Below are positions 38,201 to 53,200 of a DNA stretch of 64,000 nucleotides, piece by piece (position 1 is the stretch's first letter; each line of letters begins with the position of its first letter). This DNA is from Torpedo marmorata (Eukaryota), in contig OZ360249.1 of the NCBI GenBank assembly GCA_977017645.1, positions 10,540,001 through 10,604,000 of the forward strand, read 5' to 3'. A program made the translations under genes and the position numbers. A model generated the notes under the pieces. That model did not search any database, had not been told where the DNA came from, and saw only the letters and a program-made list of their open reading frames with translations.

Positions 38201-41200
38201 TTTCGTGATTAAAGAAACGGCAGCGCTGCCGCTGATGCGGACCCGCGGGGAGCGGAGATACAGCGCTCCCGCGGGGTCCAGCCGCCCAGTCGACTGCCGT
38301 CGGTTCTGCACGGGCTTTGAACGGCTCATTAAAGGAGCCGACGGTGGTTTTATTTGCGATCCCGCGACCGCGGGGTCTGCGCCCAAGATGGCAGCGCCTT
38401 TAACAGCCACGAGGGGCTGCAGATTCCGGGGAAGCAGAGGACTGGAGCAGGGCACCAGAGGGCGGGAAGATCACCCCCCATCTGAGAAGGAGAAGCGGAG
38501 GAGACGACCCACAGGACGGTGACCATGGCGGCGGACCAGTGAGGGGCTCTGAGGCTGAAGGATCAGTGCTTGCGGCGGGCTGCTGGCGACTCGAGGCGAG
38601 GAACCCGCGGAGGCTGTGGGCTGCTGGAAACTGCTGTCGGGGGATTCACGCAGGGCTGCGGACTGCTGGAGGCTGGCTCGAACTGGCTGGAGGAGTACCA
38701 GGTATCGGAACCGGGATGCGAGGGGGTGCTGAGGGCGCCCTGACCGTGTTAGAGGTTCGGATCTGGAGCTTGGGTTGCCGATGGTTTGGACTGGACTCTG
38801 TGTGGCTGCGGAGGCGCTGGAGGCGAATCTATGGACACTCGGTGACTTTGGGGGGACTCTCTTTTGCTTCTCTTTCTCTGACTGTAAGAGGCGCTTAGGC
38901 AATTTCTGCCGGTGGCGAATCTGTCTGCCTTGTAGCAGGCAAAAAGAAATTTCATGGAATAGGACACTGTCTTATTACTATGACAATAAATTGAATCTTG
39001 AAATGCCTGGGGAAAAGGCACCTAATATCAACAAACACAGGGCTGACTAGCTGTTCCGTGTTTAGCAAGGTCAAAGGACGAGGAAATGGATACAAAGGAA
39101 GAATTAAATTTAATGTATGCTGTGATAGCAGTAGGGGGCAAATTAGAATTCTGGGTCAGAACTTCAGCAAAAATAAATGCAAGGAAAACTACCCATAAAA
39201 AGTAACACCAATTCCAGTGGACCTTTTCAAGTTTCCCAAACGGTTATTTTCACCAACCTGCACTAGGGGATGGGTTATGCACGTTGGCCCAATCAGCAAT
39301 AGCCATAACCCATAAAAGAAAATCCACATTCGAGAAGACTGCTTGTAATCAAAGCCAACTTTGTGTTGCAAAATAAATATTTTCTACAAGTGTTGCCAGT
39401 AAATGCAGAACACCATGAAGGACTGCTGAGGGAGTGTAAATTAAATAGTAACTGCTCTGAAGTATTACCATACATTTTCCATTTCAACATCTTGATTGTC
39501 AATAGCCTCTCACAGATACAAATTTATTCATACACTTTAAAGGCAATTGGTGCAAACACTTCTGCAAATCCACTTTTTTGTTCTTAATTTGGCCACATCT
39601 ACTAAGTAAACACAGCAAGTGGCTTGTTGTTATAAACTGCATCCCAAATCAAATAGAGACGAGACCAAGAGTTTTTCAAATTTTTATTAAGAAATGCAAA
39701 TTGATGAGAATGGCACCAGTTTGAAGAGGGGAAAGGAAAATCAGAGTAAATCAAAAAGCAATGATTCGCAGTTGTTAAACACTGGTATTACAACCCAAAA
39801 ACCGCCTTGTTAGTCTTCAAAAATCTGAAAGTCAATGATCCAGAAGTTCAAAGGTGTTCTAATGAAGAGGGGTAGTGCCTCAATTTCAATGAATGAGACA
39901 AGAAAGCAGTTTGCGGGATTAAGAATTTGCAACTGGAAAATATCAGAAAACCAAATTTAGTCAGAATGCAAAAATTATGCATTTGGGAAATAAAATCTGA
40001 AAATTGATGGGGGAGGAAAGCCATTCTCTATGATAGACAAACTACGAAAGAGGGTCAAAAGGAGCCAGGTGGGAGTAAGAGGTAGGAAAAGAAAGCAATT
40101 GATATTGAAAAGAAATCCAAATCCAAGCCTATGGTTTATACTGTGAAGCACAATTTTTATACCCAAACCAAGATGCGACAGTGGAAGGAACTCTGAACAT
40201 TTTTGTGACGTGTCAGTCCCACGTTCCACCCATTCTAAATTTTATTTGGGTGCTGAGATATTCAATGCTGTTTGGGGGAAAAAAAACAAACACACTGTAT
40301 CAATATTCTGGGTTTGGTTACTTTACAATCAGTTGAAAAGTTTTGTGTGCGTACAAACTGCAGTAATCTGAAACAGAAAACTGTGCCCACGAAGGTGAAC
40401 TTCAGATTTTGAAAGATATTGCTAGTCTTCTGTGATCCGCACAACACATTGGGGACTGAACAGCCACGAATCAAAGAATAAACTTGCAGTGGTCATTTTA
40501 AAATCAGTTACCAAATGCTTGACGCTTACTTCGATTTTGCATGAAATACACAATCTGCAGACAGGCAGGGTCCAGAGCTTCTTGTACACCTTCCCTAAAT
40601 AAAATCAAATGAAATGTGCTATCATTAAAATATCAAATAAATTCCCCAAGTGTAAATTTCGCTTTGAATTTTAATTACTCAATCTTTTATTTTTAACAAT
40701 TCTGTATCCTTTGTTATTGAAGTAGTCGGATTGAAATGTTTCCAAGTTGTTGGAAATGTGTGTTTAACATTCCTTTTCCTTCCACATTCACCTGCACAGG
40801 ATTATACAGTAAAAACCCTGGTATCCAGAATTCAAGCAACCGGCAAAAAAAGAGGAAAATAAATTTCAAAAATTAATAAAAGATAAAAAAATTTCGCAAG
40901 TTTAAAATTGTAAAAGTAAATGTTCTCTGAAGTAACATAAACCTTTGGTGAAGATGGGAACAAATATTCAGCCAGCGGAGTGCCTTGGTCATGCTTTGCT
41001 CGGAGCAGCTGTTTGAATAAAGTTGCGTGAAACAGCAACGGCGTCGCCCAGGATGAAGAGCTAGTTGATGTCGCTCGCCGTTAGGGTGACTCTCTTAAAG
41101 TGTCTCCTTATCCCTGCTTAGTGAGAATCGCCCTGGTCAGAGGCTTTATTTCTAAACTTGGGGGAGGGGAGGTTAATTATCTATGTTATTGTTCGTCTTT

Positions 41201-44200
41201 CGGGCGGCTCCGTGGAGGGGGAGGAACCTGCAGATGCAGTGCCTGTTAAATGTTTTCAAAGAATGTGACTGAAAATAAAGTAAAATGCTTTAAGGTTTAT
41301 ATATTCATGTAAGTGAAGTTTGTTCAATGTAAGTGCAGTATAGTATTTTTGTCTTTTAAACTGTTTATTCTTAATGTAGGTGTATTAGTTAGGCATTGTA
41401 AGAGCAAGTCTCAAGCAACTGGGAAAGACACTTATCCGGCATCTATCAATCCCCATAGGTGCCGGATTCCAGGGGTTTTACTGTATTCAGAAAACTGATA
41501 GAGATCTGCCTTGTTACTCTTTAATATCTGAAATTTACTTTGAATTCTTCTTCAGTACAAGAGTAGTTTATCATCACACTTACTGAGATAGTGAAAATCG
41601 TAGTTAGTGTGCTATTCAGAAATCGCATAAAAAGTTACCCGTCTCTGGAAATCTGGCAACAGCCTGAACAACAGAAGAGAAACTTTCCCAGTGCACAAGA
41701 TACAGCAAAACCCCTGATATCCAGCACCTATGGGGATTGGCAGATGCCAGATAAGTGTATTTTCTGGTTGCTTGACACTTACTTACAATGCCTTTCTAAA
41801 ACTTATTGGCTGCCTCATGATCTGCTGATTTCTGCTCGCCAGACAAGTCTAATCTACAGATTTTTTTTGCCAGTTGCTTGAGGCTGCCAGTTGCTTGAAT
41901 TCCAGATACCAGGGGCTTTACTGTATTAACATTTCAGATGAATATCCTTTCTACTTCAGTAAAGTTAGAATTTCTTCTTGGGCGAGACCTAATGTTCATT
42001 TTACTAAAAGAGCTGTGTCCTTGCAATGATCCTATCTTTTCCAATGATAAAAATTGAAACAAACCTGTTTAAAAATACTGCTGCAACGAGTGCACACCCA
42101 CTGCAGTTGAAGGCACTGAACATTAACCACATGACAGCAAACAATGCCCTGCAGGGAGTTCTCCTGTCCGGAGATTAAATTTCCAAGATGGACCCAGGGC
42201 CTCTCTGCAATTGCTGTACTGCTTGATGAGCTAGAGCAGATATAAAGAAAAAAATCCATGGTCTAAAAATATAAAATTAAATCAAAAGTCAACATCAAAA
42301 TGTAACCAGTTAAATCACTTCCCCAAACATTACCATTGCTGATCATCTGAAATGTATTGTACAATTGCTAAATCTGACTGTTAACCAGGATATCTTTAAA
42401 ATAGTTGTTAAATTTTAATTTCTGACCACAGCAGTAAAGTTAAATTTTATTCATTTTAATTTGATGTCACTTTCTTTCTGCACAGCCACATTAGATTTAA
42501 ACTAACTTTGGTTTATTTGTGTATAATTGCAGCAGCTGACAGATCACATCATTGGCAGTGACTTTGCCCCTCTCGGAGGTCAATCCAGAGGGTCCATAAT
42601 AGTGGCAGAGAGGATCACTGGAGACTCCTTAACCACCCCCCCCTCCCCCCATCGACATGATCTACCGGGATCGTTGTTGAAGAAGGCACGCAAAATCGTT
42701 GAGGACCCCTACCACCCTACACACATCTTTCTGCTACTTGTTACGAACTAACAAACCTTGCTAGTACTAACAAAGGAACAGCAATGGAAAATTCACCAAT
42801 GGTAAATTAAAAATAATAGTTTTTATTAAACTATTAATAACATAACATTTCTTACTTATCTCTAAACTTAACTCTAACTTAAACCCCACTATGCGCAAAT
42901 GTAAATGTGTGTTAAAGTCCAAAATATTTCGGTTTAAACTTGGTTCTGAAAGTCAATTTTAATGTCCAGTTTCCAACTTTTGTTGAACTTCAGGATCCCT
43001 TTAAATTGTGATTCAGAATTAATTATAAAGCAAGAGTGAAGCATCCGATGTATTTCAAACTCATGTCTTTTGATGAGTTGTCTTTCAGAGATAGTCTTCA
43101 TACGAGTGTTTTCACAAGTTTCCCCCTATCTTGTTTGGGTTACGGAACTGTGATCTTCAAGATGATTTCTTTCTTAATCAGGAGTGGTCTTACTTATTTT
43201 AAAAGCCACTTATGTTGTGTATCTCCTATTATAAGGATGACACAATACAGAACAGCATCTCTATCTATTTCAGAGATCACTGCTCCAGATTCTGTCTTTC
43301 CAGAAAGTCAAATTTCTTAAAACTGATCTCTTCGTCTGAGTTCGATAATATATTTCTGGCACATCTCTCATATCACATGGTATGTGACATCATTTCAGTC
43401 TTTGAAGTTAATAATGTCCTCTTCACACTTATATGCAAAAGCATCTCTTCACTTAAGACTCCATGATGTCTAAGCCACATGGACACAGATTGAACTTGCG
43501 TTTACACAGATGCTTCCGAGTCAACAACTATTGTCTTTCAGTATCTCAAAAACCATAAAATCTTTTCATCCCTCTACTCCATGTGCAAACAGCAGACTTT
43601 TCGTCTCTGCAAATGGCCATCTGCCATCTCAAAGAACCATGTGTTTAAAATGCAAATGTGTTGTCTTTGTGCCCCTGAAACCACCCAAAACTAACTTACT
43701 AAGCCATTTCTAGATGAAATATATTTTTAACATTAAACTAAAGATTAATATTACCACAGACCCATTACATACTCCCATCAGGAAAGAGATTCAGTAGTGA
43801 AAATGCTGAACGGCCAAAGGAACTGCTCACATTAACCACCTAAGACTCTCATATCTACAAAACAATATTTATTTATTTGTATATATGAATATTTGGCCTG
43901 CATATGTATTGTTTGTCTGTTTGTGTGTTATATCTGGTTGTGTTGTCTGCATGTTTTACACCGAGGATCAGAGAATGGTGTTTTGTCGTGTTGTGCAATC
44001 AGATGATAAACTTGATTTGACTTAATCTTGACTTGAACACTGTAGCTGTGACAATTATTCAACTTCTCCCACTTCTCACTGCGTACAGAGCAGAGGAACT
44101 GGGATAAAGTGTGACAGTGGTGTCATTTTGCCGTTTCCTGGGTGTTCAGCAATTTTGCCGTTTCCTGGGTGTTCAGCAATTTTGCCGTTTCCTGGGTGTT

Positions 44201-47200
44201 CAGCAATTAGTATGAACTTGGGCTTGTGTTGAAAATTGATTGAGAAATTGCCGTTCTTAGAAACCTAGCAGACCCACAATTTACTCTGCACAATGCATTC
44301 TGCACCATGTCCATTTTCAACCAATTCCAAAATGTCCGTCGCAAGTTGAAAAGATGGTAAAATATGAAAAATATTACTTCTAAAAATTAACACCTAGTAC
44401 AGATATTATTCATTTAAAATTAATAATTTGTCACAAAAAATTTCGAATAAGTACGGCACATGGAAAATTTATTGTTTAAGGGCGGCACGGTTAGCGTAGC
44501 GGTTAGTGCAACGCTGTTACAGCGCCAGCGATCGGGACAGGGGTTCGAACCAACGCTGTCTGTCAGGAGTTTGTATGTTCTCCCCATGACTGCGTGGGTT
44601 TCCCCGGGGGCTCCAGTTCCATTCCACCGTTCGAAATGTACCAGGGGTTGTAGGTCAATTGGGCGGCACGGGCTCGTGTGCCGAATGGGCCTGTTACCGT
44701 GCTGTATGTCTAAATTTAATTTAATTTTTTTTAATTAAATTTAACATTTTAAATTTAAATTTAAAGTCTAAAAGCGATCAATAGTTGAATACTACCATGA
44801 TGCACAGGTTCTTCTAACTTGGTACATTGAGCTTTCAAACTAAGTAAATAAAATGTGAAGAATCATACCAACCTTTTCGCCTCCAAAGAACACTGAAGGA
44901 CAGAGGCACTGCTCGAAGGCACAAATCTGCAGTAAACGTTGTTGTGCCTGAAACGCAATTTGAACAGATTAAACTGAGATGGAATTCTTCTTTTAAAACC
45001 TTTGCAACTTTAGGTTAAAATAATCAGATTTGAGAAGTCTCTCAAAAATATAATTGAATACATGATACAGGATGGCATAGGTCAATCAACTGAAAAAAAA
45101 TCCATTCTCAGCAACAAAGGATGCCAAGAACATTCAGCAAGTCAATTGTGTGAAGAAATAAAGAGCGGTTGGCATGAAACAGTAACCCTTCCCACCTTTC
45201 CTTTGCCACTGACAGGAAAGTGCTGTCAACGCTCAGTTTTTATTTCAAACCTGCAGCTATTTTCTTTTAGTATTCTTTTAATTCCAAAGCTAAATGCCCC
45301 TGAATGAAGCAGTGAATTAACCAGCTCTTGGGACCTGGTTCCAATTGATTCAAGATGATAAAAATGTAAACTATGTCAAGAGTCCCATGTGAAATTAATT
45401 TGGATTGAGTGGGTAAAAAGTTATTTCAGTAGGGAGTTTAAGCTTTTGAACTGAGAAAGGTGAACTCAAATGCCGTCTAAATGGTCACAAATTAGGAATC
45501 ACTGAGGATATATTTGGGAATACATGACCAATAATCACTTAAAACCTTCAGACGAGTATAAAAAAAATCTACACAAATTAACTACAGCAAAACCCCTGGT
45601 ATTGGGCACCTATGGGGATTGGTAGATGCCGGATAAATGAATTTTCTGGTTGCTTGCGATTGCATGTTGCATGATTGGCTAACGGCGAGGCGCGCTAATT
45701 TTAAACCCTTATTTTTTACCTATTTATTTTCCTTTTTTTTTTTGCTGGTTGCTTGAGTTCTGGATAACAGTGGTCTTACTGTATTAGTCTCTCACCTTAA
45801 TGGGTTTGCATTACAAAAGTAGTTATGCTTCAGTGTCGACCCATAGATAAATGCATTCAACTGTGAGCACTGCACATACAGGGAATTTGGAAGGGTGCAA
45901 CACATTTGCCACAATTATGCTGGTATCGAGCACGTTAGGTTACGAAGACTACCGGGAGTTACATACATTTAGTTTATATTCCTGGAGTATAAATTAATTA
46001 ATGTAGGATTTAATTCAGGCTTTTGTGATGATAAAGTGAGTCAACAGAGGGTAATTAGTTCTTTAGATGGACAAGAGGAAATCCAATCTTAAAAACTGTG
46101 CCGAAGTCACAAAACACACTATTGGAAATTTAGAGCTCAATTGCAAAATTGGTGGGACAATTGCCATACTCATAACCAGTTGATAGATCTGTAAAACAAA
46201 CTGTCAAGCAAGCTGGGTCAAGGTAAGCAAATCAAAACAGGACAACAAAAATGCCATTTTTTGTTCAAAAATGGAAAGCTGACCTGGATACAATTCTTTC
46301 CAAATCATAAAATGCCACAATAGATCCTGGCAAGACCCCAATGGTATAGCTTAATTGTAAGAGATCTATATAGACATCCAAAGCCACGGCTCTATTTTGA
46401 ATGGCACCAACAGAGAATTTCAGACACCAGTCACGAGGAACCAATACATCTATAAACAAGAGGCAAAAAGTGTCAAATGCAACAAAACCTACTCTCTTTG
46501 ACATTTCAGAAAATATCCTAAATGTATTCAGCTTAAAAGTGTCCTGACAAACTTCTACAGAGCACAAAAAAAGTTAAATTCTCCACCCTAAAAATCCTTT
46601 CACTTTGAGTAAAAAAATATTTTCCCATGTTCTGAGAAATCATTCTTAGCATCTTTGGTTCACCTTATCTGGGAATGAGATGAGAAATTCTAGACAAACT
46701 CTGCAACCAGCTATTGTCATACAACATTCCTCCAATATATTGCAGCAAAAAAACCTAACAGGACATTAATTTCATGAATAATGTAAATCTCTGGTACAGC
46801 TTGTAATTTTACTGTATTCTTACCTTTTGTATCAATATCAGTTATAAGTGCTGGAAAGTTGGGCCTTCTTTTAGGTTCAAAGCACATTCTTTCCAAAATA
46901 ATTCCAGTGAAAGAGACAAGCGATGCTGGGAAACTGGTAGACAATCCAAATACAAGACTCCAATTGAGGACATTATAAAATGTGCTTTTCTAAAACAGAG
47001 CCAATTCCCCCTTTTGGATTTCATAATAAATTAGATTTTAAGTATTTGTTTCTAAGCTTGGAGAGAAGTTCAAGTAGAAAAATTAACATATGGATTTGTA
47101 AAAATATAGTGAACAGCATCATTGCATCATGTAAGGAATGTCCAATACAAGACTTGATAGGATTCCTACTCCATTTGCTGCCCAGTATTCTTACTAAACG

Positions 47201-50200
47201 TGCACACAGGGACAATGGAGTGGTGTAGTGACTAAATGCTTAAGCTTGCACGGGCAAATGGCAATTTGAGTTCTGAAATTTACTAAAACACGTAGGACCC
47301 AAAATTATGAGATGGGAGACGGAAAAGCAACCAAAGATGCAGGGAAACAGTAATATTCCATTTTCACTTCTGTGCTTACCTGTCAGAGAGTACATCTTGA
47401 ATTGTACTTGGTTGAGGTATTTCTGAGGACAATTTTTCAAGATAAGCGGGTATATTTATTTGTTTTTTCAAAATCTGCAATTTAAAATATTTTACCAATA
47501 AACAAACTGTTTTCATTGTGAAACATTTTTTAAATAAACCAAGGTCCATAAAGATAATGCAATATCTAAAATAGTGACAAATATGAAACCAACATTATCA
47601 TTAACAATGAAAAAAATAACTCATCTTTTATTTCCCAATGCCAAAGTAATCTTCCCTCACTTGTCACTGCACAACACAGAAACATTACCCAATTATCAAT
47701 ATACATTACATATAACTGCAACCTTCCTGATGTTCCACAACTCATTTACAAATTAACAAAATCCTTCAATGGTTAAAAAAGTTACACTGGGAACCTGATA
47801 TCCCAGGTTTTTATTTGATGTGACTAGCTTACTGGGGATCGCTGTAAACAGGAGAACGTGGAGATATACTGAAACTTCCAGTCTGGTTGAACAACAAGAC
47901 AGCGTGGGCAATTCAATCTCTGCAGAGTCTTCAATGGTACACAGGAAGAGTGCTGTTCAAAACAGAATGTGCCCTGAATAAAACAAGAGATATTAATCAT
48001 ATTTTCTTGAAGCGAAAAATACAACTTTCTCAAGCATTGATTGCTGCCGAGTTAAAATCCAAACGTAATCTTTATGGGCTAGCTTTGGCTTGCAAGCACG
48101 TCACCACAAGTACGAACTTCTCTGAGCTGGGACGTGGAGAGCAACACTGTCTGCCCGAAGCATCTGGGAATCACAGCAATGAGGCTCATGCAGCAGTAGA
48201 GCAACGAACTGCTAGCTGGAGACACGGTGCCCCAAATACACCACCAAAAGCACTACCCACAGGTTTACTATCATAGTTGTCAGACTTTTTAGGACAGTTA
48301 AAAAATTAAAAATAAAGTGAAATGCTAAGCTTTAAAAAACAAAATCAACAACTCAACCAAAATTTTAAAAAGAATTTGCAAACAAAACACCCACAATTTA
48401 AAAAGGCATTCTTTTTGCCTTTCTTCCCACAGCCCTGCAATCTTTATTGAAATCAAAGGGATGCGAGACTTTCCCCCAGGTTTAACCCTGTGCCAGGAAG
48501 TATTTTCTAGTGTAAATGCTGGTGATGCCTCGTAGGTTGTTCTGACTCTGGACTCTCCAGAGATACATGGGCAAATGTGGCAGCCTCTTTCATTCAACAA
48601 TTTTGTAACTTCAACTATAAAATAAGTTGCTGACATTTAAACAATCAAATACAAGTGGTTTATTTCTGAAGAGCCAACATTTACCAACAAAATTCCTTTA
48701 TTCACCGCAGTAAGTTCAAACGCAACCACTATATAAAAACTATTTATTAAGGGGTTTGCCTCCCACGATCAGTTGTAGGTTCTCTTACCATCTGTTTTGG
48801 TCCAATGACTCTGTACACTCCCCCTTGACTTATCAAATGGTACCACCGCACCGCTTCAGCCATGAATTCCAACTGCACCTGCAATGACATCGTAAGTATA
48901 ATTAAACACTATCTATTTCCATCACCCTAGCAAGTGCAAATAGACCAGTGCTTCCTACTTCCTTGTCTCAATTTCATTCAAATACTGTAAATATCAAAAA
49001 TTTTCTGCAGCATCAAAAGTAAATATTGAATGAACTACAGCTTCAGAAGCAGTCATTTGAAAATGTTCAGCTTTCATATTATACAGAATGCATGCAAAAA
49101 AAACAATGGCAAGAAATCGAGACAAAACCACAGGAACAAATCCTGATTGACAAAATCTGAAGATTCGATCCCACCAAACATTCATATCCAAATGGTGGAA
49201 CTATATCGACTGCTCTCAAATGGCTGATAAGTGACAGGTTTGCAATTAGCATTCTGGTTATCTAATTGCTCTTAACACCTGCATACACAATCAAGTTTTA
49301 ACACTTTAATAGCATGGGAGAAGGGGAAAAAGAGGTCAAAATGAAGCCATATGGATAATAACTTTCCCACTCCTAACCAAAATTAGGATCAACGCAATTA
49401 CCAAAATAAGTTTTGCCAAATTCTGGGTTAAATTTGGCAACACCACCAGTAATGTAAACAAGGCAGCTGCGTGATGTAATGGATTCTCGGTTCTTGCTAA
49501 AGGGCAAACGCATCTTACAGCAACTTCCAAGTGTCCTAAATTATGTAGAAATGACTGAACAATGTTGCACAGATAAAAGAGGGAAGTACTGAGGGTGCAG
49601 CTCATTTCAAATGTTTTCAAAACTTACAAATATAATCAATGTGTATTTGTTCAGACCAAAATAAAATTTGAGTTAACAAATTATTTTCTGATCAAATGAT
49701 TGTGTTGGATCCCAAAATAAAACTGTCTATTTAATCCAAATTAATGAAAATTAAAATGGGAATTCCAAACATGAACAATCGTGCCCGCAGGAAAAAGAAT
49801 CTCAGGGTTGTATGTGATGTAATGTATGTACTCTGACAATAAATCTGAAATCTGAATCTGTGACATTTCAACCTTCTCAAGTTTATCCACGTTATTTGGG
49901 AATTAGTTGTGTTGATTGCCAAGCAAAGTAAAATAGAGAAAATCAGACTGAAGCATGTAGATCCAACAATCTGGTTTTCTTGACAATGTGCAGCACATTT
50001 CAATCCCAGACACACAAAAACCAAGTTTGATCACCTGCTTCCATAAAACTGATACAATGGCATTTCTCAAAATGTCATCCAATAAGCTACTATTCCTCAA
50101 AAACACTTCTTTAGAAGAGACCTCAACCTTCAAATGTCCTCTAAATCCTTTAAATGCTGCAATCTGGATGGTAATGTTTGCAGTAAGATTTCTCTGCATA

Positions 50201-53200
50201 AACCCCAAACTACAAGTCATCCATTAACTACACTTGGGGTTTAAACAGAAGTCAAACCCAGAGAAGCAAGCAACACCTCATCTCCAATGCAGGTCAGCAA
50301 TAAATTCGTAAGTTCATTGTTTGATACAATTCTTACATTAACAGAAAACATTACACAAACATGCAATTTAATCAACATCACTAGATTTAAGTCAATTTGC
50401 GAGTGTACTTATCTGTGACTACATTCAAGAAACTGTTCAAAATAAACATTTAAACAAATTTTAATCCACACATTCACCAATCATCTGAAAGATTTCCTTT
50501 GTATTCATTCCAATTATTTTAAGAAATTATTTCTTCAAGAGAAACAGTATGAACCACATAACCCCCATCAAGAGATGTACTGCCAGCCATTTTGTTTGGT
50601 GATAGTTTTATCAATTTGCTGGAAGCCTTACTAAAAAAAAACTACCCATTTAACTGAGTATGATTAACTGTGTATAATTTTTGACAATATGCTATCTTTG
50701 TTCACCTTACCAACATACTCTTTAAAAAAAAAAATAGGCCTGTATGCTGGACAAAACAGAAAGTACGAAAGCACTTTAGATACCTGCAGCTTGCATTTTG
50801 TCATATAATTCAACTGGAGATCTGTTGCAAATTTCACATTTATCCTATATGACATTTGAAGAATATTACATTTGTAAAAATATCTAAAGCTCCATTTTAA
50901 TTCTCAAAACCATTTTTGAATTTAATAATCATGTTACTTTTACTACAAGAAATAATTTATACAGATTGAACATTTCCTATCAGATTTGGTGTTTGGAAGT
51001 CATTTTTCCATTGTATTATGGGTGACAAAATACAATAACAAACTGTGCCACATTATTTTGTCTTACATTGAATATATACTGACAACAGAAACATTCACCT
51101 GCCTGTCATCTCTTCCTCCTCCTCGGTAACTTCAAGGAGAATGCGTCAAGTGACTAATGCCCAAAAAAAACTAAAATAGCAATATTAGAAAAGCTAGTTA
51201 TTCAAAAATCTGATAATCTCATTTCAGATTTGAATGCATTTCTTCTTCAGGTATTTTAGAAAAAAAGACTGAAACATTTAGATTTTGGAAATGAACTCCA
51301 AATATTCTTGCATCTGAAATTTCAGATGGATAGAGGTTAACCAGAAGAAACTCTAAACTAGTCACTGCACCAAATACTATTTTATTCTACATTCAAAGCA
51401 TTTACATGATATGAATTTAATTAAGCCTGCATGTGAACATAGGATAATTGATTAATTTTTACTCAAATTTATCTCAGCTTTTGCATATAATAATTTTGTT
51501 TAAGTTACTTGTCCTTTATTCTAATTGCTATTCTAATGTCTGGAGTTGAACCTTAACAGCTTCCACACTTGCATTAAATTTATGATCATAGGAGATGTGA
51601 TATTACGAGCAAAAAGAAATCGGAATCATTTTACTATTAAGTTAAGCTGATAGTTCAGATGTTTTAAAACTTTCAAAACTACCATTTTAAAAAAATGCAT
51701 GTACAGGGAAATTTGCACACAATTCTACATTCATTAGACGGTTTTCTTTACTAATGGCAAATATAATGGGCAGTATATTTTTCCATCTTTGATTTACCCG
51801 AGAATGCAAGAGTTAATTTTGCACCTTTTACATTAGAACCCACCAAACGAACAATGAAGACATATGAGGCATATTGCAGTTGCTGGCAAAAGCTTAACAA
51901 AACCTGCATCTAGGAGAAATATACAAGTAAACATGATGATTCCATATGTGTGGTTTTGTTCACTGCCTCAACCTTTTCCAAGAGGAAGCATGAATTTGGT
52001 AATAAAATGGCGTTCTCAAAGCTAGTCGTCTTCACTGTAAAGACGAGACGAAGCTGAAGCTACTTCCGGGCACCCATAAATTGGCGGGAAATGTCATACG
52101 AACCATATGAAAATAATTCATCCAAAGACTAAAAAAAATTATTTTGGTCAAAACTGTTGATACTGTGATCTTAATCTATGCATCCCAGGTCTTAAATTCA
52201 ACCAGAAAATATCAAACGCTTGATTCAACATTTGCTAGCCAATTAAAACTGAATTAACAGAAACTGTATCACAAAATAAGTAATTAAAAAGGTTGACTGC
52301 AAAATGTTTATTTTCCTGCTGCACCTTTGATTGTTAAACAATGTTAGCAAATTCACAAATTGGTTTCAAAATGCTGGGGAAAAAAATCATTTTTAATAGA
52401 GGATTTCTCGATATGAAAAAGTGACAGCTGTGATATTTCAGTCCGTACCATAAGATTTTGATGCACTAATGTGAAAACACACAAGGGGTTTCAATGTGGC
52501 AGTTCAGGAAATACTGCAATGGTTTTGATGGCTGATTTGCACAAATTTACAAAATATTCTTAATAAACTTTATCAATTTATCACTATAATATTTTATAAT
52601 GCCAATTTGTAAACAAAACTGCATGTTGACTGATGCAAATGATTGATTCTGAAGTTTCATATTACCCATTTTTTTTCTATAGACGATTATGTTTAGGAAG
52701 AGAAAAGTTGGAACTTTTGAAATAAAAAAAATAATCAGTCCACCACAAGACAAATTAGTGTTTCTTCTGTAAACAAAAAATGATGAGCACAATAGAATGA
52801 AGCTGAACAACTCTTTCAAAGTAAAATCAAGGTTAGAGGAAGCTAATTTTTGGTCAGCTCAGTTTATATTTAATTTGGCACATCTTAAACTCTAAAGATT
52901 CTGAAGTGAAATCTTGAAGAATCAATAAATGCTTGAACAGTTGTATGTTTGTTCTTATTTTCAGTATTCTGACCATCAAAATGACTTCAGGCATGGAGAC
53001 CACCTTTTTAATGAGCTGTTATCAGCAGTCAGCTTCTGTTTATATCTACCAGACAAAACTGTTAACCAATTTCTCAGGAGTTAAATGTGTTTACTGTATA
53101 CATTTAGGGGTATTTATACTAAGGCAGTGTTCAATGCAGCTGAAATTCATAACTTCTCAGGATAGTTTCCTAACTAAAAATCATTTCTGAAGAGTTTTAT

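Noticed and set aside
44125-44205. CRISPR-like array (also 59236-59375)
   Set aside because: Head-to-tail repeats without unique spacers, in a vertebrate genome with no cas genes.
44480-44560. tRNA genes suggested by A/B boxes (here and in ~10 other places)
   Set aside because: Each continues into the SINE core and CR1-like tail and lacks a proper cloverleaf; these are SINE heads.
52780-52806. C/D box snoRNA-like ATGATGA...CTGA
   Set aside because: Far too short, no terminal stem, and antisense to the host gene.
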